A DNA stretch of 29,994 nucleotides from a plasmid: sequence record NZ_CP084005.1; one strand, 5' to 3'. Below, piece by piece: positions 24,625-29,994 of the stretch. Below the pieces are notes generated by a model. It did no database searches, had not been told where the DNA came from, and was given only the letters and a program-made list of their open reading frames with translations. How positions within the stretch are numbered: position 1 is the stretch's first letter; every line of letters begins with the position of its first letter. A program made the position numbers and the translations under genes.

Positions 24625-26439
24625 TCATTCACCTCGCTCGTATGTATCGAGGTATTCCTGCTTGAGCGTCTGCGAGGACGACTCGATCTTTTCCACGAGC
24701 GTGCCGGCCTCGATGAAGTAGAACGAGTCGGTGAGGTCCGCCAGGTCGTCGAGCAGATGGCTTGAAATGAGCACGCTTCGTCCCCGCGCCACCTCGCTGC
24801 GCATCGCGTCGCAGGAGGTTTTCCGCTTTCCCGGATCGAGGCCGTTCAGCGGTTCATCGAGGATGAGGTACGGGCAATCGGTCGCTATCGCCATGGCAAG
24901 CTTTACCTGCTGCTTCATTCCTGTCGAGAGTTTACGGGTCGGCTTGTCGAGATATGGGGAGATTCCGAGGGAGTCGCAGAGCGAGTCGATGTCGGCGGCC
25001 GATTTCCACGCCTCCCTAACGAAAGCAAGGTGCTCGATGGCCGATAGCGTGGGGTAGAGATCCGTGCCGCCCGAAGAGCTCAGGTAGACGAGTTCTGCAA
25101 ATTCGGCTGATCGACGTTGGCGGATTCCGTCTGCCGCCAGGCTTCCCGAGCGGATGCGGGTGGGAAATTGGCCCGACAGCGCTTCAAGAAGGGTGGTTTT
25201 CCCCGAGCCGTTGGGAGCGACGAGGCCCGCCGCCGTTCCCGGGCTCAGGAAAAGCGACCCGATTGAAAGTATCGTCGTGCTCCCGTATCCCACGCTCGCG
25301 TCCAGAAGCTCGAGCCCATGGTGCTTTTTCGCGGGTCCAGGCTGTTTGGGGGAACGTGTCGCAACGGCGCCGACCGCGAAAAGGACCGCGACGTATGCCA
25401 GGGCCACGGCAAGCATCGATGCGCTGCCTGAACCGGAGCCGATGAATTCTGTCGGGAAGCATCCTACGTAGCCCGTGGCCTCGATAGGCGAGAACACGGC
25501 CAGCGGCAGGAGCCCGAGCACGGCATTATGCTCCAGCGCCGAATCGGACAGCAACGGGAATGCCGGGGCCGCGACAAGCAGCGCTGAGGCAAGGGGGCCC
25601 GCGAGGACGCGCCTCGTTGCGGTCGATAGGACGGCGGAGCAAACGGATATCAAGGTTCCGCCCGCAAGCAGCGCGAGAAGCAGGGTCGTGAAGACGTTTC
25701 CCGCGGTCGTGGTGGCAAGCGCGCCGTCATGGAAGAAGGCGATCGGGTACCCGATCTGCCCGAAGCCGTTTAGGGCCAAGGCGTAAATGCCCCCGGGTGC
25801 GAGGCCGGCGAGGAGCATCGCGGTCCCCGCGGCGATTATCGAAAACACGATCTGGATAAGGCGCCGGAATTTGGGCGCGGGCGCCTTCGCCGCCAGGGTC
25901 GCAGGCCTTGTGGCGCCGAGCACGAGTATCGACGAGAGAAGGAAGGGGATGAAGGGAAGGAAAGACGGCGCCGTGGCAATGGCGTAAGGCAGGAAGGAAA
26001 GGAATGGCAGGTCGCTTGCGGAGGCCGGGATATCCGTGATGCCGGAGCTGCTCAGGGCACGGCAATACGCGAGCTCCGCGTCATTGGTCTCTCGGTCTCC
26101 CACGATGGACCCGGATTGGAAGCCTTCGCCCATGAGCGCGTAGTAGCTCTCGGCAGAATCGAGAAAGGCGGCGTCGGTTTGAGCGGCGAGGGCGGCGTTC
26201 GCGTATCTTGCAAGCTCCGCGTCAGCTTGCTGCTCTGGAGATAGGTCTGTGCCGCTGGCCTGGGGCGCGCGCGTATTGAATGCGTCGACAAAGCCCTGCA
26301 TGCCCTGTTTCATAAAGAAGGGCCCGTAGATGGGTGAATTGAACGCAATGGGGACGGAAAAGGCTGCAGCGAGAACGAGCGTACAAATCCATACGGCCTT
26401 GTCTCTTAGGATTAGTTTGAGAAGAAGTCGACAGTACAT
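24625..26439 (-). CDS. Fused ABC transporter: N-terminal permease (multi-TM with large extracytoplasmic loop) plus C-terminal ATP-binding domain
   Basis: C-terminal Walker A APNGSGKTT, signature LSTGMKQQV, Walker B LILDEPLNGLD, SSHLL; N-terminal about 380 aa hydrophobic. Confidence 0.8.
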   Translation of the reverse strand: MYCRLLLKLILRDKAVWICTLVLAAAFSVPIAFNSPIYGPFFMKQGMQGFVDAFNTRAPQASGTDLSPEQQADAELARYANAALAAQTDAAFLDSAESYYALMGEGFQSGSIVGDRETNDAELAYCRALSSSGITDIPASASDLPFLSFLPYAIATAPSFLPFIPFLLSSILVLGATRPATLAAKAPAPKFRRLIQIVFSIIAAGTAMLLAGLAPGGIYALALNGFGQIGYPIAFFHDGALATTTAGNVFTTLLLALLAGGTLISVCSAVLSTATRRVLAGPLASALLVAAPAFPLLSDSALEHNAVLGLLPLAVFSPIEATGYVGCFPTEFIGSGSGSASMLAVALAYVAVLFAVGAVATRSPKQPGPAKKHHGLELLDASVGYGSTTILSIGSLFLSPGTAAGLVAPNGSGKTTLLEALSGQFPTRIRSGSLAADGIRQRRSAEFAELVYLSSSGGTDLYPTLSAIEHLAFVREAWKSAADIDSLCDSLGISPYLDKPTRKLSTGMKQQVKLAMAIATDCPYLILDEPLNGLDPGKRKTSCDAMRSEVARGRSVLISSHLLDDLADLTDSFYFIEAGTLVEKIESSSQTLKQEYLDTYERGE

Positions 26440-26700
26440 TTAGAAGCACCTACATTTCCCAAAGCATCGTTAGATTAATAATGACAGACCGAATGAAGAT
26501 GCGTGCGATGGGGGCGAGGCGAATGGCTGAGCGGTATCGATATGCGGGTTCAACGGTATTATATTGACCACATAGATTATCAAAACCGTCGTAAAACCCC
26601 TGGTTTCAACTACGGGGAGTGTCAACGGTATTCACTTTTTCAGCAATGCCGTATTTACGTAATGTCGTTATTGCATAGTTCTGTTATTTCGTTTTGCCGT

Positions 26701-27006
26701 GTGCCGGGTTTTAGGGCAGAGCCCTAAATCGTACGCCGCCGGGCAAAACGCAGTTTTGTACGGCGGCGTACGACTCTTGCGGAACCGAACTATGACACAA
26801 CGCAACTGTGTCATAACGTAACTACGTAGTAGCGTAGCTGTGCGATAACGCGATTACGGCAAATCGAAATAACAGAACAACGTGACTGTGGAATAGCAGA
26901 ACAATTGAACATTGAACTAATCGCGCCTGAAAATTTTCCGCAAGTGTCGTGCGCCGCCGTACAAAGCCCGGCGGCGCACTAGGGCTCTGCCCTAAAAACC
27001 CGGCGC
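26701..27006. repeat. Pair of about 44-bp inverted repeats (26701-26745 and 26963-27006; core CCGGGTTTTAGGGCAGAGCCCTA...CGCCGCCGGGC) flanking about 220 bp that itself contains further palindromes; MITE-like or recombination/transfer site
   Basis: Read directly; reverse complement of right copy aligns with left copy with few mismatches. Confidence 0.6.
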
Positions 27007-28198
27007 TCTTGGCGGCGTTAAAAAGTGACGCAATAACGTTGTTACGTTATTGCGTTATTACACAGTTCGGCAGTCACACTTTTACATTGTTGCGGCATGA
27101 CACAGTTACGCAATGTCTCCGGTGCGTCTCGGTAAAAGGTTCGCTACCGGACAGCCACCGGACACCGAGGCGATCTAAGCGCGGCGATGGTTTGCCGTGA
27201 AATGTGCTGTGAGATGAAAAATCTCGCAAGAGACGCGAGTTTGTACCTCCATCGTGAATGTATGTACAAACTCACAACCTTCGGTTCTTGCCAGGGCTCC
27301 GCCCGTGGACCGGGGTTGGTAAGTAGCTGCGACCGCACTGACTACTTGATGACAGTTGGAGTCGACACTGCAGTTTTGGATTTGTTTTCTGAGATCTAAA
27401 CCGTGAAACTCAAAATCTCATTATCCGGTTCTTCGTTTGATTTGAATCGCGCCCGCGCAAAAGTCGAAACGGCTCGCGCGGGCGTTTCGACTTTTCGTTT
27501 CGCATCTCAACTCGCTTCAAAACAAAACGCGAGTTTTGAAAATCGATAGCGACCGAAGGTCGCGATCATAGGCGGCTTGACCGCCGCATGAAAACCGACT
27601 CGCTAATCCGAATCGCAATGCGAGCCGCGTCACCTTTCGACAAATCCAACAGCGCTGCGAGTCACGCTAATGACTCTCCGCGCCATTGAAATTGTCGAAA
27701 GGTGCCTCAACTTTTTCGTAAGCGTATCGAAAAACGATTCGATAAAGGCGAATGTTTGCGGCAATGCAAACACTCGGCATCCCTCGCATTCGCATTGCCG
27801 CTCCGCTCTCGCTACAGCGAATTTCTAACACTCAGCATCCTTCGCGTTAAAAATTCACTTTCGCTCACGGTCTTCACGCAGTTACAACGCCGCGAGGCCT
27901 CTCGCTTGGAATGAGGCCTCTCATTCCACGTCTACACTGCGTTTCGCCCAATCCCCGTTCCGGAGATTGCAAGATGTACATAAATCATGATAACCGGGCC
28001 CGTAGTCCCTGTTATCATGATTTACGAATCTTGCTTTTCTCCTGTCACGGAGAAAAGGGAAAGAGTGAACGCAGCACGCTTTTTGCGGGTTGGTTTCACT
28101 CTTTCTAAAAAATTAGGCAACCATAGCAAGAGGTGACGGATGCCAATCCTCAGTTTCTTGCTTACTTTTCCGGAGGCCACTCCGGAGAAAGTAGAAAA

Positions 28199-28852
28199 AT
28201 GGCACGAAATGAATTCGTAAAGGCTCGCGTTTCTCCTGAAGAGAAAGAGATCTATCAACAACTTTGCGAACAAGCCGGTTGTACGGAAGCTGAGTTGATT
28301 CGATCCGTACTGATTCATCGGGAAATCTCACTTGATGATCTCGATGACGAAATGCAAGTTCTTGATCGGAAGAAAAAGGCCCTCCATAAGCAACAGGAGG
28401 ATTACAGGAGAGCACAGGCATCGCGTAAAACCGATGAACGTGGCGAGCCGATTTCTGAAAAAAGGAGTATTCCGTTCCAAGTAATGCTCACTGCTCCAGA
28501 AAAAAAGGCAATTGAGCAGCGTGCAGCGGCGCTCGGCATTTCTGCAAGCGAACTGGTTCGCCGCAGCGCAATTTACGGAAAGATCGAATCATTCAATTTT
28601 GACATCGCGGAAGTTGAAAAACTCCATCATGAGTTATTGAAGGAAGGAACAAACCTCAATCAGCTGATGTATTTTGTGAACGCCCAAGGGCTTCCCGCGT
28701 ACAACGAGAAAGCTGTTTTCCGAACGCTTGAAAAGGTTTATCAAAATGCTCGAAAGGTCGACCGGTTCATCGAGAAATTAGAGAAGCGTTATCACGTCGA
28801 CTATATTCCAAGCGATTATTTGGCAGATGAACCAGACAACAGAAATCTTTAA
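28199..28852 (+). CDS. mobC: MobC-family mobilization (relaxosome accessory) protein with two tandem RHH-like MobC motifs
   Basis: KARVSPEEKEIYQQLCEQAGCTEAELIRSVLI and QVMLTAPEKKAIEQRAAALGISASELVRRSAIYG both fit the MobC pattern (R.T.EE...L...A...G.S.SE.IR); RBS GGAGA 11 nt before ATG 28199. Confidence 0.6.
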   Translation: MARNEFVKARVSPEEKEIYQQLCEQAGCTEAELIRSVLIHREISLDDLDDEMQVLDRKKKALHKQQEDYRRAQASRKTDERGEPISEKRSIPFQVMLTAPEKKAIEQRAAALGISASELVRRSAIYGKIESFNFDIAEVEKLHHELLKEGTNLNQLMYFVNAQGLPAYNEKAVFRTLEKVYQNARKVDRFIEKLEKRYHVDYIPSDYLADEPDNRNL

Positions 28853-29111
28853 CTCGGACCTATACTTCGCGAATGATGCGCACAGCGCCATTGCAAGACC
28901 GATCGCAAGGCCAACGGCTGCTATCTTTGCATAGCTCCTGCCCGCGCGTCCCAGTTTTCGGCCTAAAACGGGATGCATTTTCCGAACCGGCACTCAAAAG
29001 GAAACCGTATCCCGCTTTGGGGCGGGGGCTGCGGAAAAATTGGCCCGTGATCTGGTTCGGATTGGAGTATGCGCGAATCGTTGATGTTGGCCGGTGTGGG
29101 CATGGAGATAG

Positions 29112-29994
29112 ATGAGTGGATCGAGCGATATAATGACATGCTATGGAGGCCATATGCTCTTTTCCCGCCGTTCTGCCACATCTGCCTGCGCCATTGTGCT
29201 TATCGTAATGGCGGTCACCCCTTATCACCGGTTTTCATCTTCAATCGGCTTGGCATCAGGTGCAATGACCTGGCTCGTTATCCTTGGCGCATGCCTCGCG
29301 GCGTTTGGTCACGGTGTTGCGCTATGCAAGGGGGGAATGAGAAGGCCGAGGCATCTCGGTGCCATCGGTGTTTTCCTTGGTGTTATTGCAACGGTTCCCG
29401 AATGGGCCGACCTGGCTTTCTATGCTCGCGGAGACTCTATTCCAATCGTGTTTGCACCGATTTGGTTGTTACATGGCGTTTCGTGTGTCTCGTGCTTTGT
29501 TGGGTCGCTGCTTCTCTCATATGTTATTTGGGGCACGGCGGACTCTCCTTTGACGCAGAGGTCGACACGGACTGACGAAAGGGAAACTCGTCACCCGCAG
29601 GACGCGCTTTTTGCAGAAACAATAGCCGTCATGTCTTGCCTGCTGTTTTGCTGTCGAGTTTCATGGAGAGTCGTTCCCGAGCCATGGGGGATGCCCTCTG
29701 TGACGGCCGCATCAATTGGCATCGTGCTTTTAATTCCTCTGGTCTATCTCGTATTGGCTGCGGTCCCGCTGCTTTGCTGTCCCCGCGCCTTTGGTCGGGG
29801 GCAGGGCAACGTGTTTGCCCGTTCTGTGCTCGTAGCAGTTCCCATTGGCCTTGTTCCGGCTGTCGAGGTGGCATATTTTGCAAGCGGTGCCACGGTCATT
29901 GCATCACTGTCGATGGGGTCCGCTATTGCTGTTGCCGCCTTCGTATACACATTGCTAAGGGAGAAACGGGACAACAATTCGGATATCCCCCGCA
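29112..29994 (+). CDS. Polytopic Cys-rich membrane protein, 3' partial (frame open to window end; start uncertain: ATG 29112, 29133 or 29154)
   Basis: Manually translated: no stop in frame 0 from 29112 to 29994 (294 codons). It has at least 7 hydrophobic helices (e.g. MTWLVILGACLAAFGHGVALC, IPIVFAPIWLLHGVSCVSCFVGSLLLSYVIWG, VTAASIGIVLLIPLVYLVLAAVPLL). It is absent from the ORF track, probably because it lacks a stop. Confidence 0.5.
   Translation, partial: MSGSSDIMTCYGGHMLFSRRSATSACAIVLIVMAVTPYHRFSSSIGLASGAMTWLVILGACLAAFGHGVALCKGGMRRPRHLGAIGVFLGVIATVPEWADLAFYARGDSIPIVFAPIWLLHGVSCVSCFVGSLLLSYVIWGTADSPLTQRSTRTDERETRHPQDALFAETIAVMSCLLFCCRVSWRVVPEPWGMPSVTAASIGIVLLIPLVYLVLAAVPLLCCPRAFGRGQGNVFARSVLVAVPIGLVPAVEVAYFASGATVIASLSMGSAIAVAAFVYTLLREKRDNNSDIPR

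Noticed and set aside
26503-28108. Small ORFs 26503-26727, 26949-27200, 27144-27338, 27187-27399, 27702-27914, 27911-28108
   Set aside because: They lie in the inverted-repeat-dense, lower-GC region. They lack RBSs and have odd composition, and several are created by the palindromes themselves. The region is better explained as non-coding structured DNA.
1-29994. Scan for tRNA/rRNA genes
   Set aside because: No T-loop-like GGTTCGAATCC motifs in a non-coding context, and no rRNA-like conserved stretches were recognised.

Overview
This high-GC (~60%) window looks like a mosaic plasmid- or ICE-like accessory region from an Actinobacteria/Coriobacteriia-type genome. Two clues point to that lineage: a membrane-anchored LuxR-type regulator and an LAxTG sorting signal. 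All calls are by eye from the sequence, with no searches run.

In order, the window contains:
- A membrane-anchored LuxR-type regulator; its frame is open to the window start, where it encodes a second LuxR HTH.
- A secreted Cys-containing protein, two ABC-2-like permeases, an ABC ATPase and another secreted protein (bacteriocin/immunity-like transporter cluster).
- A DUF559-like remnant and a convergent DUF1648-like membrane protein.
- A BrnT/BrnA-like toxin-antitoxin pair, divergent from a small serine recombinase.
- A KfrA-like coiled-coil protein, a small membrane protein and a lipoprotein.
- Three tandem, translationally coupled metallophosphoesterase genes with a structured leader.
- A replication module: an iteron array (5 x GTTGCATGAGTAC), an RHH protein, an HTH Rep-like protein, DnaB helicase flanked by perfect palindromes built from the iteron half-site, and two small downstream ORFs.
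- An acidic tandem-repeat protein.
- A ParA/ParG partition pair, with arrays of TCTAGA hexamers phased every 11 bp in its promoter and at six or more other module boundaries.
- A giant (1092 aa) Ala-rich coiled-coil surface protein with an embedded CAP/SCP-like domain and an LAxTG sortase signal.
- An XRE regulator and a DUF4143-type AAA ATPase behind four direct repeats.
- A fused permease-ATPase ABC transporter with a Tyr-rich small secreted protein and terminator.
- A ~1.7 kb ORF-poor region dense with nested or interleaved inverted repeats (candidate oriT).
- A MobC-like protein with two RHH-like motifs, with no relaxase in view.
- A long membrane-protein ORF that runs off the window end.

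No rRNA, tRNA or CRISPR was seen.
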